A stretch of DNA of 64,000 nt from Nematocida ausubeli (GCF_000738915.1 NW_026515636.1:149175-213174), one strand, 5' to 3'. Numbered from the stretch's first letter, positions 20,352 through 31,781 are shown. Notes: a model not told the origin generated them from the sequence alone. A program made the numbers and translations.

Positions 20352-22125
20352 GCTTTTTCTTGCAAAGTATTCATATATATGCGCATCCTAAGAATATTGC
20401 ATTTTCTTTCTGGAATATGTGTCTGTAATTTATAAATATTACTGCGTCCTAATATATTTAATGCATACCCAGAGTGCATGGCCCTGCCCTGGTGAATGCG
20501 TGGTTTTCCACAGAATATATGTTGTGGCTGGAGAATTAATATTTATACGGTTTGTTATTTCTATTTAGCCTATGCCATTATATTGTGCTAAGAGTCTAAT
20601 CAAAAGGCACCAGAGATGTAACGACTATTTGCTACAGTAGATGAATAAATGCAGAAAAATAGAAAAATGCAGTTGCTCTTTCAATAATTCTGTTTCCTTT
20701 AAATTTGAATCTTTCTGCTGTTTCTGTTGAATTTTGGATCTTTTATGCTGCACTTGCAGTATTTATTTGCCTTTTAGGCCTCTGGTTTCATTCTGTCTTT
20801 CTTTATATAAATATTCAAAGTCTACAGAATTGATATGGACATTTTTTCACTGGAAGGTTTAATAATCATTTTAATGCGAAGAGACCGGGAAAATCCAAAA
20901 GATGCAAGAAATTGAAGAACCATGAATGAGCACAGCCCTTGGGAGAACAAAGATACAGGTGCTGCTGGTGCCATAGAAGAAGTCAATTAAAAACAAAACA
21001 GGCCTAAACTAGCGCCCAAATGTAGATTCTTTCAAATTTAGAAGATTCTCAATAGAGAAATCTGAGTACTTATAGTAAAACATTTAGAAGCTGTATATTT
21101 AGAAAGATTATTTGCAGAAAAGATGAATAATAGACTATACTGGGCAAAAATGCATCATAGTATTGCTACATGGAGTAGTTTAGTAGAAAAATAAAAATGC
21201 AATAAAAAATTACACTATACAAAAGACTTGGCTTTATTATTTGGCCTACTTCACATAGACTGTATTTAAATATCATGAAAATAAGTGCATATATTTGCCA
21301 CACATCACATATTTTCCATAAGAGCTTGTCTTTGCATTCCAGATGAGCTTTATTTGATCAGAGTGCCATATGGTGGCTTGCCATTAAAATAATCCGAATG
21401 TACTACACAGCCAGACAGGCTAAAGAATTAGGCAAGTTCAATAGACTCATGGTGCAGGTATGATATAGCCCAAATGATTTACAGACTAGGTCTGGTCTCT
21501 GCACTGCTTTATATCTTTTTAGAGAAATATGTAGTTTATTTTACATATTATAGTGGACCATGCTATTTGAACTATTAGAGGCTCTAATTCACTTATTGCA
21601 TGGTTTTTCAACTCTATTTAAATTATATTCCTATAAATGTAAATACATATACGGAAAACAACCAGAAATGTACATAATAGTATGCACAGGTGTAGGTTAA
21701 GTGGTTTGGCTCTAGATGTAACGTGTATTCAAGAAACAAAGGCAGTAGTTACAGCGCATTTGGTGCAGGATAAACAATTTGCATGCATACGGATAGGTGT
21801 ATTTCTTAGCCTACACAGAGCAGTACTGCAATAAAGCTTCATGTATGCACACTGCAATGCATAAAGAAGCTTAATACATCATAGAAGGGTATAAACCATG
21901 GGAATTCAAACTCTATTATTTATTATCACCTAGGTGATAGAGATACATAGCTCTTGACATCTTTCTTGCAGCTTTAGTTTTTTGCAAACACCCTTGTTCT
22001 CTTGGCATGTGCAGTTGTTCTTAGCTTGTTTTTATAAATAGAGCAAGAGGCTTTCTAAAAAAAGAATGCCAGGCCATTGTGCTTTGGTGCGTAGAGTCCA
22101 GCTGCTCCTGGGAGGGCTCTCTTTT

Positions 22126-22380
22126 CTATAGCATGTCAACATTGCTTTTGTGTATGGCGATGTATGGAAAAACCCATCGGCCGCACATGCACTTTGCTCC
22201 ATACCACTTAAACCGTCCTAATACTTTGTTGCACTTGCTGCAGTGTATCCGGCCTTCCTTCCTTTCCTCAATTTTAGCACCATTTGGGATTTCTTCAAGC
22301 ACTATGCTACCGCACTGGGGGTGCTCCTCCAGTTTGTTCCCGTTAATTAATCCTCTGCAATTCTTGCATGTAGCATTCAT
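22126..22380 (-). CDS. YVH1: Stand-alone Yvh1/DUSP12 zinc-binding domain, 84 aa
   Basis: CKNCR...H..C...EGRIHCSKCNKVLGRFKWYGAKCMCGRWVFPYIAIHKSNVD matches the Yvh1 C-terminal zinc domain. Confidence 0.85.
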   Translation of the reverse strand: MNATCKNCRGLINGNKLEEHPQCGSIVLEEIPNGAKIEERKEGRIHCSKCNKVLGRFKWYGAKCMCGRWVFPYIAIHKSNVDML

Positions 22381-22405
22381 TTTCTTTATTTTCTTTTTTG
22401 TGGAT

Positions 22406-22933
22406 ATGAGCAGTGAAGTGCCCCGCGTGTACAGAGAGATAATAGAAGAGGTGATTCGAAATACTACGGAGAACAACTACAGAATTGGAATAGATAAAAA
22501 TGTGCTGGAGGAAATAAAAAGTACCTGGATTGCAAAGATATGTGAGTATACAGATATAGGAGAGTATAAAATACTAAGCTATGACAATAGAATGAACATG
22601 GAGGGATACTACTCAGGCGGATACCCATATTCAGACTATGGGTACAACAAAGAGTACTCATACTATTACCAGGATAAAGAAGAAAAAGACGACTCGGAGG
22701 ACCAGTATGACGGGCTTCCAGAGGGAAACGAGGAGGAGCTAGACTCAAATGATCTCTCAGAGAGTGACTGCGATATAGAGAGCGAAGAGCCCACCAAGAA
22801 CGTTATGCTATGTCTTTTTGATAAGGTCACTCGAGTAAAAGATAAAAGGCGATGTACATTAAAACATGGGTTTCTTACAATTGGGCGCACCGACTATACC
22901 TTCAATGTGGCCAATGGCGACTTGGAGTGGTAA
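22406..22933 (+). CDS. TOA1: TFIIA large subunit
   Basis: VPRVYREIIEEVI...LEEIKSTW N-terminus and NVMLCLFDKVTRVKDK..CTLKHG...GDLEW C-terminus. ATG at 22406. Confidence 0.95.
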   Translation: MSSEVPRVYREIIEEVIRNTTENNYRIGIDKNVLEEIKSTWIAKICEYTDIGEYKILSYDNRMNMEGYYSGGYPYSDYGYNKEYSYYYQDKEEKDDSEDQYDGLPEGNEEELDSNDLSESDCDIESEEPTKNVMLCLFDKVTRVKDKRRCTLKHGFLTIGRTDYTFNVANGDLEW

Positions 22934-22954
22934 TCTAGCTAGTAAAATGTTTAT

Positions 22955-23140
22955 TTATTTCTGTTCCTTGCTCTCCTCTCTTAGCTTTATTTCAATAAAT
23001 TTGTCTAGTAATGCCCTGGCCCGGATGTTATTCTGTCTGTTCTTTATGGATTTTGTGCAGGGCGAGTCGATTACATCTTGTGTTGGTGACCAGAAGACTT
23101 TTGAAAGGAAAGGTTTCTTGTTCGTGCTTGGGAGCGGCAT
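22955..23140 (-). CDS. SPO12: Spo12-family protein, 61 aa
   Basis: FWSPTQDVIDSPCTKSI matches the Spo12 SPTD...SPCS.KL motif. AAATT precedes the ATG. Confidence 0.7.
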   Translation of the reverse strand: MPLPSTNKKPFLSKVFWSPTQDVIDSPCTKSIKNRQNNIRARALLDKFIEIKLREESKEQK

Positions 23141-24379
23141 GAATTTAAATAAAAATAGAAAATTAATTATAGATAATGGAAGGGCAAATATGATGAAAAT
23201 ATTTCATCATAATCATGCATATACTATGTGCAGGATTGCAGAAGATGAGTCTCTCAAAAAATAACAAAAAGAATGATGTAACCTGAATTAAGGATTTCAT
23301 CTCCTGCTGTTGATGTTTTGATTATTTTATTTACTCTCTCATTAGTCTAGCAGTTTGTGCTGTATTCCTGCCGATGTTTTGTCCAAGAAATACTAGAGAA
23401 TAAAAATGTTTATAAAATATGCACACGCCCTCATAGAAGTGAAAAGTATGCCCATTAAATTACTAGCTTCTTCGTAAGGGCTGTGCTCTGGGCCAAGGGG
23501 GAAATATGTATATTTTTATTAGGTGCGGTATGCTATGCATGCAATGGCTTTCAGCAGAATTAATGTGCTTTTTTATTTATATGCAGTGCCAGTCATTTCT
23601 ACTTCTAAGGGCAGCAGAAAATACGCTGGAGCTGGATACAGTAGAAAGATTTTTACTCTAAATAGAGAGGCATTCGTCTGTGTGCTCACATGTTTAAAAT
23701 ATTTTAGCATACTTCAGAATATATATGGATGCATTAACATGGACCGACAGTGTTTGGGCTAGATATAAGTTTCACTGCGTATTATAACAAAAGATTTGCG
23801 ATATATTGGATTTCTATTTAGATAATGTTGAGCTTCTTGAATGAATATTATAATTATAGATGGCCTTTGTGCACAAACGCTTGTGAAAAAGAAGTTGAAC
23901 ACAGCCTTGTATTAGGTATTGAAAAACAGAAGACATCGTTTGGGTTTGCAAAAAAAGATGCGACTAAATACAAGCACTACACACAGCAAAAGAGGAAAGC
24001 CCATTAATAGGAAAAATATAATGCGCCTGCCCTGCCGCAAGCTGCTTTCTTCTAGAATATAGTGTGAATTAAGAAAGACTAAGGACCTGGCATAGAAGAG
24101 GTTTATGTACATGTTCTATCAATTCACAGAATGTCTTTCTATACAGCGTCGCTTAGAAGAGCTTATAAGATAATTTAGAGTGAAAACTGCATGGTTCATT
24201 TCTAGTGGATGCACAGGGTTTGGTCTTTCTAAGAATGATAGTTTTGGAAATCACTCATTGCACTATGGTAATAGCCTAATATAGTCTAAGTGGTATGTGT
24301 TGTTCCTAGAAACAAATGTTTATTTGTGTATGAAGAGTGTTTCATATATACTATAAAAGAAAAAGAATAGTGGTTAGCC

Positions 24380-25906
24380 ATGAAAGGAACCATTATAGTT
24401 TGCACAATGGCAGTGGTCTTGACAGTTGGGTACATATCTATGACCCACAAAGCACAGACAGGAAGAGTGTTACTTGAAGTCATTAGCGATCTAAACAAAG
24501 CAAAGTTAAGGATAGGGGAACTTCTTAAAAAGAAAAAAACAGGAGAAAAGGTGGAGAAGGCACTGGCAGGTGACTTAGAAAATATTGAAAGAAAGATGGA
24601 AAAAATAAAGGACCAGGTGCTTCTCCCAGAGAAGAGTGCGTCTAAAGTGGAGAGAGCTTCTTCAATGGAAAGCATGAAGCAAAAGACAGGGCCAAATGCC
24701 ATAGAGAGCACAAATCTCCTTTCAAACAAAATAGTTGATCAGATCATAGACAGCTATCTCAAGGGATCCCTTCCTATGGAGACAATTACAAAGGCAATAA
24801 TGGAGAGGCCAGAGCTGCTTGCATTTACACCAAAGCTGCTGGGGCTAAACCAGCTTCCGCTGAGCAACAACATTCGCGCATCGGAGATACCCACAACACT
24901 AATGAAAAACATAATTGAAGAGCAGGCACAGCCCATTATATACCCAAGCATACCTAAAATGCAGCCGTACATAAGTGACAGCGAAATGCGCAACAGCCTG
25001 CAGAGCAGATTTGAAAATGAAATGGAGGAAGAGGCCATTCATAGATCCATTCCAATGAAACAGCTTTCCAGACCCAGCAAAAAGGTGCTTATTAGGTTGC
25101 CACCACCAGAGGCACCTCAGGCTAATATAGCACACATGCTCAAGCCAATTATCAGGCAGACAGAAGGATCTACCCACATGACTAGCAGAATGCACAGTCA
25201 CCAAAATGAGGAGAGAGGAATTCCGCCAAGCACAAGATACATTGTGAGCAACCTTGCCAAACAGAGCCATCAGGAAAAGCAGGAAACAATGCATCCAGCA
25301 TTGAAGGCACTTGCCATGAAGGAAGAGGAAGTGCAAGAAGTTGAAGAACATAGTATGAAGCCACAAGAGAAAAATCAAAAAGCCGAGAAAAACAGTGCAG
25401 TTCCAAAAACAAAAGTACCCGCAGAGAAAAAGGCTCTCGAGCTCAGCATGCTCAGACAAGTACTAAATGCAACAGAAAAAGGCATTAATCAAGCAATTCT
25501 AAACAGCGAGATTTCAACACACGGGCTTATTGTAGAAAGCCCTGTAGAAAGCCTCAAAAAAGAAATAAAGCCAGCTGCTATAGAAAAAAAGAGTGCGTTT
25601 GTAAAAGAGAAAACAGAATCTTTTGAGGAAGAGGAAGAAGAGGAGGATGACATGCAGTTTGAGCCATCTGCTGCAGAAAAGATAAGCAGCAAGAAAGCTG
25701 CACAGACAATTGCTCTGCCAAAACCCAAGCCAAAGGCCATAGCAAAACAGCCTATAACAGTAGTAAAGCCCCTTCAAAGCCATGCAACAGAAGAAGATCT
25801 GGTAAATCAAGAAGTGCATCAAGAAGCGCATCAAGAAGAAGACCTGAAATCTGTCTACCAAGCAAAGGCAGCAGCAGCTCATAAAGAGAGCACTGCTGTC
25901 CTATAA
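24380..25906 (+). CDS. Secreted or signal-anchored hypothetical protein, 508 aa, Glu/Lys/Ala-rich
   Basis: N-terminal hydrophobic segment, a coiled coil and a low-complexity C-terminal half. Confidence 0.8.
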   Translation: MKGTIIVCTMAVVLTVGYISMTHKAQTGRVLLEVISDLNKAKLRIGELLKKKKTGEKVEKALAGDLENIERKMEKIKDQVLLPEKSASKVERASSMESMKQKTGPNAIESTNLLSNKIVDQIIDSYLKGSLPMETITKAIMERPELLAFTPKLLGLNQLPLSNNIRASEIPTTLMKNIIEEQAQPIIYPSIPKMQPYISDSEMRNSLQSRFENEMEEEAIHRSIPMKQLSRPSKKVLIRLPPPEAPQANIAHMLKPIIRQTEGSTHMTSRMHSHQNEERGIPPSTRYIVSNLAKQSHQEKQETMHPALKALAMKEEEVQEVEEHSMKPQEKNQKAEKNSAVPKTKVPAEKKALELSMLRQVLNATEKGINQAILNSEISTHGLIVESPVESLKKEIKPAAIEKKSAFVKEKTESFEEEEEEEDDMQFEPSAAEKISSKKAAQTIALPKPKPKAIAKQPITVVKPLQSHATEEDLVNQEVHQEAHQEEDLKSVYQAKAAAAHKESTAVL

Positions 25907-25948
25907 AAGCACTTTGGAAAGCAAGAAAATAAACGAAATTTATCTCTT

Positions 25949-26659
25949 TTATTTGTGAATCTTTTTTCGAAGAATAATAAAGTCCATATAGCAGGAAAAT
26001 ACAATGTACAAATACCTATACCAGAGAAGTTGGCTTGTGTGATACCGCATTCTTTTTCTATTTTTTATAGATTCAGTAGCAGAACTTGTGATCAAGATAT
26101 CAGTATCTGGGCTGCTGCCCAGCCGGAAGACTGCAAGGAGGGGAAAGATATACTTTTCGATCAGGGTGAGAGACACTAGATTGTACAGATGTTCTGTGTT
26201 TACTTTTTTCGCTAGTGCATCTCCTAGTTCACAGCACGTTATGTGGTCACAGTGGCGACTTACGCCGCTTGCATCAAATGTAACAAGCGCAGTGCTCTGC
26301 GTTTTTCTGTAAATTTCCTCCAGGCTGCTCATAAGTTTGTTTGTGACAGCTAGCTCTGAATCAGGATACTCAAGCATAAAAAGAGGCACTTTATGGGATG
26401 CACACAAACGCTCCATCTCCTTACTACGCACCTCTTTATCTCCGCCTTTGTCACCGCCAGTGCAAACAACGATAGATATGCTTCCTTTGTTTGCTAGGAT
26501 TTTCGTTAGAAAAGGACCAAAAAACATGCTTTCATCATCGGGGTGGGCTATAACCAGTAAATACCGCAGAGACCTATCTAACTTATAAAAGTTCATGATG
26601 TGCAGAATGTGCACTGTAATAATTCTCACAAGTAATACAGAAAGGAAGACCTGTATCAT
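25949..26659 (-). CDS. GPI12: GlcNAc-PI de-N-acetylase (PIG-L)
   Basis: LLVIAHPDDESMFFGP, TFDASGVSRHCDH and HTSQLLWYRYLYIVFS. Start is 26659 (gives a signal anchor) or 26596. Confidence 0.93.
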   Translation of the reverse strand: MIQVFLSVLLVRIITVHILHIMNFYKLDRSLRYLLVIAHPDDESMFFGPFLTKILANKGSISIVVCTGGDKGGDKEVRSKEMERLCASHKVPLFMLEYPDSELAVTNKLMSSLEEIYRKTQSTALVTFDASGVSRHCDHITCCELGDALAKKVNTEHLYNLVSLTLIEKYIFPLLAVFRLGSSPDTDILITSSATESIKNRKRMRYHTSQLLWYRYLYIVFSCYMDFIILRKKIHK

Positions 26660-26699
26660 TCTTATATTTTTGTATTTTTTGCAAATTAATAATTTGTTT

Positions 26700-28019
26700 A
26701 TGCTGGCAGCTGTACTATTACTAAGCGAAACAGGGTCGCACATTGCCAGGCCGCTTGTGGAGATGAACAAGGATAAAATATCCCAAATGATTGAGGTGTT
26801 TCTGGATGTAAAGGGAAAAAGAAAGTATGCATGCGCGCTGCCTAGCCCAATAGGCACGTTCTTCTATCAAGAGGTAGATAGTCTGACAGTGGTTGTTCTG
26901 GCGGATAAAGAAGACAGGCGCATCTCAGAGTCGCTCAAAAAGGTAGAGGTTCTTAGCAAGTCGCTTATAAAGGACATAAGTTTGGAGAGCAGCGAGATTT
27001 TTCTTCTGCTTTCCATAATTGACGAGATATTCACAAAAGAAGGGGTTGTAAACAGAACAGTTGAAGAGATAACGCGGATAGTGGGGATGCAGAGCAATGA
27101 TGAAATACTGCACGAGATGATCATGAAAGGAAAAGAGAAGGAAATGGAGAAGGCTGCAAAAATGAGAAAGATGCATCCTGCAATCGATGAGATTACCAAA
27201 GAAATGGAGGAGATACGAATCCTGAGGAAAGACCTAAAGGAGATTCCAGTGGCAGTACATAGAAAGGAAGAGCCAAAGGCAAGATTTGAGATAAAGAAGA
27301 CAAAGCCATTTATAGAGACAATGGAGAATAAAATAAACATTGTAACCCATCAGAAGCACACAGCAACCATAAATTCAGAAACAGAAATAGTCAAGGCAGA
27401 GGGCGTGGGGGAAATGCTGATCAGAATAACAGACGAAGAGCATGCAAATATTTCGATCCATCTGAACAAATCCAAGCCAAGCAATGCACGGGCGCACCCC
27501 TCTGTAGATAAAAAGGCTTTTTTAGGAGACAGAATAGTCCCAAAGACAGACCTGCCAAAAGGCATTACTCTTACTCTGATGAAGTGGCCTCTTGAGGAGG
27601 TAAAGATGCCAATTGAGGTGTCATTCTGGCAGACTGAGATATCAGAGGAGCGGTACAAGTTTTTTATTGAAATAACCGCAAATACTGATGTAAAGAAAGT
27701 GGTTGTAAAGGTCCCCATTAAAAGAGTGTCTGACATGGAGATAGTGAATGGAAAGGTTGCAGGCGATTACATAGTTGGCGAAATAGAAGATATAACCCGG
27801 GACGAATCGAAGTCAGTTGAGTTTTCAGGCCTCTGTGATGACACGGACTCGCTCTTCCCATTCCACGTGTGCTATACTGTTGAGGAGAAAGAAACGCTCT
27901 CTCCGCTTGAGGTTGAGTCCGTCCACCACGCAGAGAGTGAGGGCGGGGCGCAGGTTGATCGTGCGTTCATTTCAATGGCCACAGTAATTGAAGGAGACTG
28001 CACAGTGCTCAACCACTAG
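26700..28019 (+). CDS. RET2: Coatomer delta subunit
   Basis: Longin N-terminus (MLAAVLL...ARPLVEM...I), MQSNDEILHEMI.K.KE motif and a mu-homology domain (HPSVDKKAF, LFPFHV). Confidence 0.88.
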   Translation: MLAAVLLLSETGSHIARPLVEMNKDKISQMIEVFLDVKGKRKYACALPSPIGTFFYQEVDSLTVVVLADKEDRRISESLKKVEVLSKSLIKDISLESSEIFLLLSIIDEIFTKEGVVNRTVEEITRIVGMQSNDEILHEMIMKGKEKEMEKAAKMRKMHPAIDEITKEMEEIRILRKDLKEIPVAVHRKEEPKARFEIKKTKPFIETMENKINIVTHQKHTATINSETEIVKAEGVGEMLIRITDEEHANISIHLNKSKPSNARAHPSVDKKAFLGDRIVPKTDLPKGITLTLMKWPLEEVKMPIEVSFWQTEISEERYKFFIEITANTDVKKVVVKVPIKRVSDMEIVNGKVAGDYIVGEIEDITRDESKSVEFSGLCDDTDSLFPFHVCYTVEEKETLSPLEVESVHHAESEGGAQVDRAFISMATVIEGDCTVLNH

Positions 28020-28300
28020 ATAGTCTTTAAAGACATATCTATAGATGGAGCCAAGTTATCTGCATCTTATGCAGTGAAGAGTAAGTAAATAATTGAGGGC
28101 GCTATAGCCGCATTTTCATGCATTTTGTCTTATGTGTATCTATTTCTTATGGCAGCTGCCCTTACTGCAGAGGTGCCAGTACTATGCTGCTCTGCATGCA
28201 ACTAAATAGTGGTGATCTGCACGGCAGCGTGCTGGATGGATTCTGTTATTTTCTGTTATTCAGTAGGAATATTTTACAAATTATTTTTTTATATCCCCAG

Positions 28301-28741
28301 ATGGAAAATACCCAAGCACAGAAGAGAAAGACATTCAGGAAGTTTGAATACCGTGGAATTGACTTCGATGACTTGGTAAAGATGCCAATTGAAGAGTTCT
28401 CAGCCCTGTTAAAATCAGGAGCCAGAAGAAGAGTTAGAAGAGGATTCAGCCAAAAGGAGATTCAGTTCCTTCTTGACTGCGAAAAGTCAAAGGCAGCAGC
28501 AGAGAACTCTAGAGACAAGCCAGAGTGCGTTACAACTCACTGCAGATCCATGATTATTTTCCCACAGCTAGTTGGGTGTGTATTGGGTGTATACAATGGA
28601 AAGGAGCACGTTACATTTGAGGTAAAGCCAGAAATGATTGGATTTAGACTAGCAGACTTCAGTTCCCCACAGAAGATGGTTTCCCACGGAAAGCCTGGAA
28701 TTGGTGCCACTTCCTCATCCAAGTTCGTACCCCTGAAATAA
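28301..28741 (+). CDS. RPS15: 40S ribosomal protein S15 (uS19)
   Basis: KRKTFRKFEYRG...GVYNGK...KPEMIG...HGKPGIGATSSSKFVPLK. CCCC motif before the ATG at 28301. Confidence 0.97.
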   Translation: MENTQAQKRKTFRKFEYRGIDFDDLVKMPIEEFSALLKSGARRRVRRGFSQKEIQFLLDCEKSKAAAENSRDKPECVTTHCRSMIIFPQLVGCVLGVYNGKEHVTFEVKPEMIGFRLADFSSPQKMVSHGKPGIGATSSSKFVPLK

Positions 28742-29052
28742 AAGGAAATACTATGGTTTACATGCTTATTCAAACTTATTTGCGGTGTTTTGCTTCTTCC
28801 TGCGTCTGTGCTCTATTTGCATTATGGTTTAAATTTTCCGGCTGCAATATGCCGTCCGCACTGTTTTCTGCCCGCGTATGCGGAGAAGATGGGCATGCTG
28901 CTCGGTGACATGCACATTATCTCAGCTCCAGAAATGTACACCACGCATTGCGTAGTATATTGGCGGCTGCACTGCAGTGCACTGCGTTCTTAGAGCTCTT
29001 TCTACGCCCACCGGTAGAATCTACTTATATTTTTTCTTTTTTTTCACCCTGC

Positions 29053-29466
29053 ATGAAATACAACACAAAAATAAGCAGCTCCAGAAGAAAGTGCCGAAAG
29101 GCCCACTTTAACGCAAATGATGCCAAGAGACGAATGATTATGTCCGCAGGTCTGAGCAAAGAGCTAAGATCCGAGTACATCTTCAAGTCATTTCCTGTAG
29201 TAAAGGGAGATGAAGTGCTTGTCCTAAAGGGAGACTTAAAGGGAAAGACCGGTAAAATTGTCAAAGTAAACAGAGCTACATTCAAGGTAGTATTAGACAT
29301 ATCATACAGAGAGAAGAAGAATGGACAGACTGCCTCCTTTGGAATCTACCCATCCTCCCTGGTTATCACCAAGTTCGCCCTTGACAAGAACAGAGACGCA
29401 CTTCTGCAGAAAAAGAAAGAGGCACGCATTGCTGGAGATGCTCTAAAGAAAGAAAGACAAGAATAA
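29053..29466 (+). CDS. RPL26: 60S ribosomal protein L26 (uL24)
   Basis: SSSRRKCRKAHFNA...MSAGLSKELR and the KOW motif KGDEVLVLKG. CCC before the ATG at 29053. Confidence 0.97.
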   Translation: MKYNTKISSSRRKCRKAHFNANDAKRRMIMSAGLSKELRSEYIFKSFPVVKGDEVLVLKGDLKGKTGKIVKVNRATFKVVLDISYREKKNGQTASFGIYPSSLVITKFALDKNRDALLQKKKEARIAGDALKKERQE

Positions 29467-29614
29467 ATATGCGCTATTTATAATATATTTGCATTGCGAT
29501 TTGTGATATTTTTGGATACTTTATTATACAGTTGGCCATGTCTTATTAAGCATACTGCGGTACATGGCTGTGGCTGATTAGATACTTCTCCATTTTTGCA
29601 TTTTCCTGCTTATT

Positions 29615-30250
29615 TTACTGCTTTCTCAGCAGCCGTTCCCGAATCCTTCTAATTTTGTCTCTGGCTGGCTCGGGTATCTCTTCGACCTCGTATTCGTGGT
29701 ACTGCAGAATTCGTGTCATTATTTGTGTCTGCTGTGCTTTAACTGAAAATGACTTGTTCAAGATACTCTCTAGCGCATCCTTCTGTGCCAAGCCAAGCGT
29801 AAATATAATGTGCAATAATGAAGAGAGTAGTGCTGGGTTCTCAGACAGCAGCATTCTAATCTCCTCGGGTCTATTCACGGCAAGCTGCTTCATGTGCCGC
29901 AAAATGTCCTTTGTTTCGTCTGGTGTTAGCTTATCGAGAGTGCTGACAATGCCGTCTATGTCTAACTTCACCTGCTCAGCCTGCGGCTGCTGCGCTGAAT
30001 TATTATCAGCATAGTTTATCTTCACAGGCCTATTATTCAGCATTATCTTCAGTCTGTTTACTGCTATATCTGCAACTATTGGGGACTCGTACGTACAGAA
30101 ACCGTACCCCTTTGATTTACCTGTGGCTCTATCGGTTACCATCCTAAAGGATATAACTCTGCCAACAGATGAAAGCTCTTCTACAATGGTTTCTTCTGGA
30201 ACTGTAAAGTCAATATTGCCCACAAAGACAGTGCATCCTCTATTCCCCAT
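29615..30250 (-). CDS. RNA15: CstF-64/Rna15 polyadenylation factor
   Basis: RRM (VFVGNI, GKSKGYGFCTY), hinge region (MKQLA...LLSENPAL) and C-terminal QTQIMTRILQ...IP. Confidence 0.9.
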   Translation of the reverse strand: MGNRGCTVFVGNIDFTVPEETIVEELSSVGRVISFRMVTDRATGKSKGYGFCTYESPIVADIAVNRLKIMLNNRPVKINYADNNSAQQPQAEQVKLDIDGIVSTLDKLTPDETKDILRHMKQLAVNRPEEIRMLLSENPALLSSLLHIIFTLGLAQKDALESILNKSFSVKAQQTQIMTRILQYHEYEVEEIPEPARDKIRRIRERLLRKQ

Positions 30251-31084
30251 TGAAAATATTTTGCAAGAATAATAAAGACATATAGCAGTCTACATGTACA
30301 TTCATGGGAAAATAATAAGCACTGCAATGAAGCAAATAGCCTGCAGAATGCAATGATATTCTAAATCTGCTGTGCTGGAGTGGTAGAATTTTATTCAGAG
30401 AGAAATGATCTGGCAATAAGCCGGGTTCTAAATAGTAAGCATAGAAAGCCTACAGAAGCTAAAATGTCTTAGACACCTATTAATAAGAGAACTTCAGACA
30501 GAAATAGAATACATCAGATGCAAATAAGACACTTCTAAAGGATACTTGGTTAGATATTCATTTTTACTTAATGCAGATGCCAGAAACAAGGAGTTCTCCT
30601 GTTGAAAGAACTAGTTGCTGCATAATAAGCAGCAAAGGACATTGAAGAGAGAGTTAAAGCTACAACTGAAAGAGATTAATTTTAAGATTTGTGTTTCATT
30701 CTAGTATGCTAATTACCAGTAATTTTTAATTTCAATGCACTGGAGGCATACAGACCAAGAAAGAATTGCAATTCACGGAACTGCAGCCCTTCCAAAGAGA
30801 ATTAAGTAAACTTGAATTTTTATTAAAATATAGCTAAAACAGTATAAGTAATTCTTGTACGTATGGTCCAACGGAATGGAAAGAATTAAAATGCAGCTGG
30901 CATATCTACTATGCAGCCAGGCAAGAGTGTTTGTCTAGGTATATGTGCCTGCATGTACCCAGATAAAGCATGTGGTTCTGCAGCAAGCTCTGCTTGCCAG
31001 AATGAGATGTATACGAGTAGACCAGATATTTCACACAGTGCACCTCCAGATTGGATGAACTGCCACAGTGTGCAGTCTATTATT

Positions 31085-31585
31085 TTATATGCAACTGAGA
31101 ATGTATCTGTATGCATAGTGCATTGCTACGCCTATAAATATATCTATGAACGTGTGGTAGTACTCTACTGTGTGTATTAGAACTCGGTGGTATTCATATA
31201 TTAATATGACAATGGGTATGCTTCTATTAACATTTAAAAGAATGTGCATTCCATTGAGAAGAATGAAGGTGTGCCCAGACGGGTTGATGGGCAGCTTGTT
31301 GTCGCCCAGGAATATGCGTGCGTCCTTGATCCATCCTATGATGGATGTGAACACAAAGTACATGAGTATCTCTGTTATTGTATGGAATATGCCCCGAATG
31401 TGCACCTTATGCCCGTGCAGGTGCGATACAATGTAGGGAAGAATAAAACCGCACTTATTCACAATGAATATCTCCCAGGCATAGAGGCGTGCTGTGTTTA
31501 CATAGCCAAAAATGACTGCCTCTTCTGAGGAGTTAAACAAGGAGTACAGAACAATGTAGAGCACGTACGCATGAAACACCTGCAT
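31085..31585 (-). CDS. FIT/Scs3-like (PAP2 superfamily) ER membrane protein
   Basis: Multi-TM protein with PSGHTFILL and YYHT catalytic-His motifs. Confidence 0.6.
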   Translation of the reverse strand: MQVFHAYVLYIVLYSLFNSSEEAVIFGYVNTARLYAWEIFIVNKCGFILPYIVSHLHGHKVHIRGIFHTITEILMYFVFTSIIGWIKDARIFLGDNKLPINPSGHTFILLNGMHILLNVNRSIPIVILIYEYHRVLIHTVEYYHTFIDIFIGVAMHYAYRYILSCI

Positions 31586-31781
31586 AAAAGAAAATGAAAA
31601 TTGCAAGTGCGTATTTATTCATGGTTCAACAAATCCGATAAGGACTGTATGCAAGGCAGTCTCGGCTCTCTTACGATGTGAATATGCAATATTTATGCAC
31701 TATAGTGTACGTATTATCATTTGGGTTAGATGCCAAGCACAGAGGGCCTTTCGTCCACTCCATCCATTCTGCACTATTAAA

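Noticed and set aside
20464..20502. ATACCCAGAGTGCATGGCCCTGCCCTGGTGA resembles the U6 snRNA core
   Set aside because: The ACAGAGA box and AGC triad are both altered and their spacing is wrong. An Infernal U6 scan would settle it.
20834..20990. Coding-like purine-rich stretch in a long spacer
   Set aside because: It is broken into two very short frames with no recognisable homology.
31730..31755. AAAGGCCCTCTG downstream of H2B (minus strand), like a histone stem-loop
   Set aside because: The 3' arm does not pair, so no 6-bp stem with a 4-nt loop forms.
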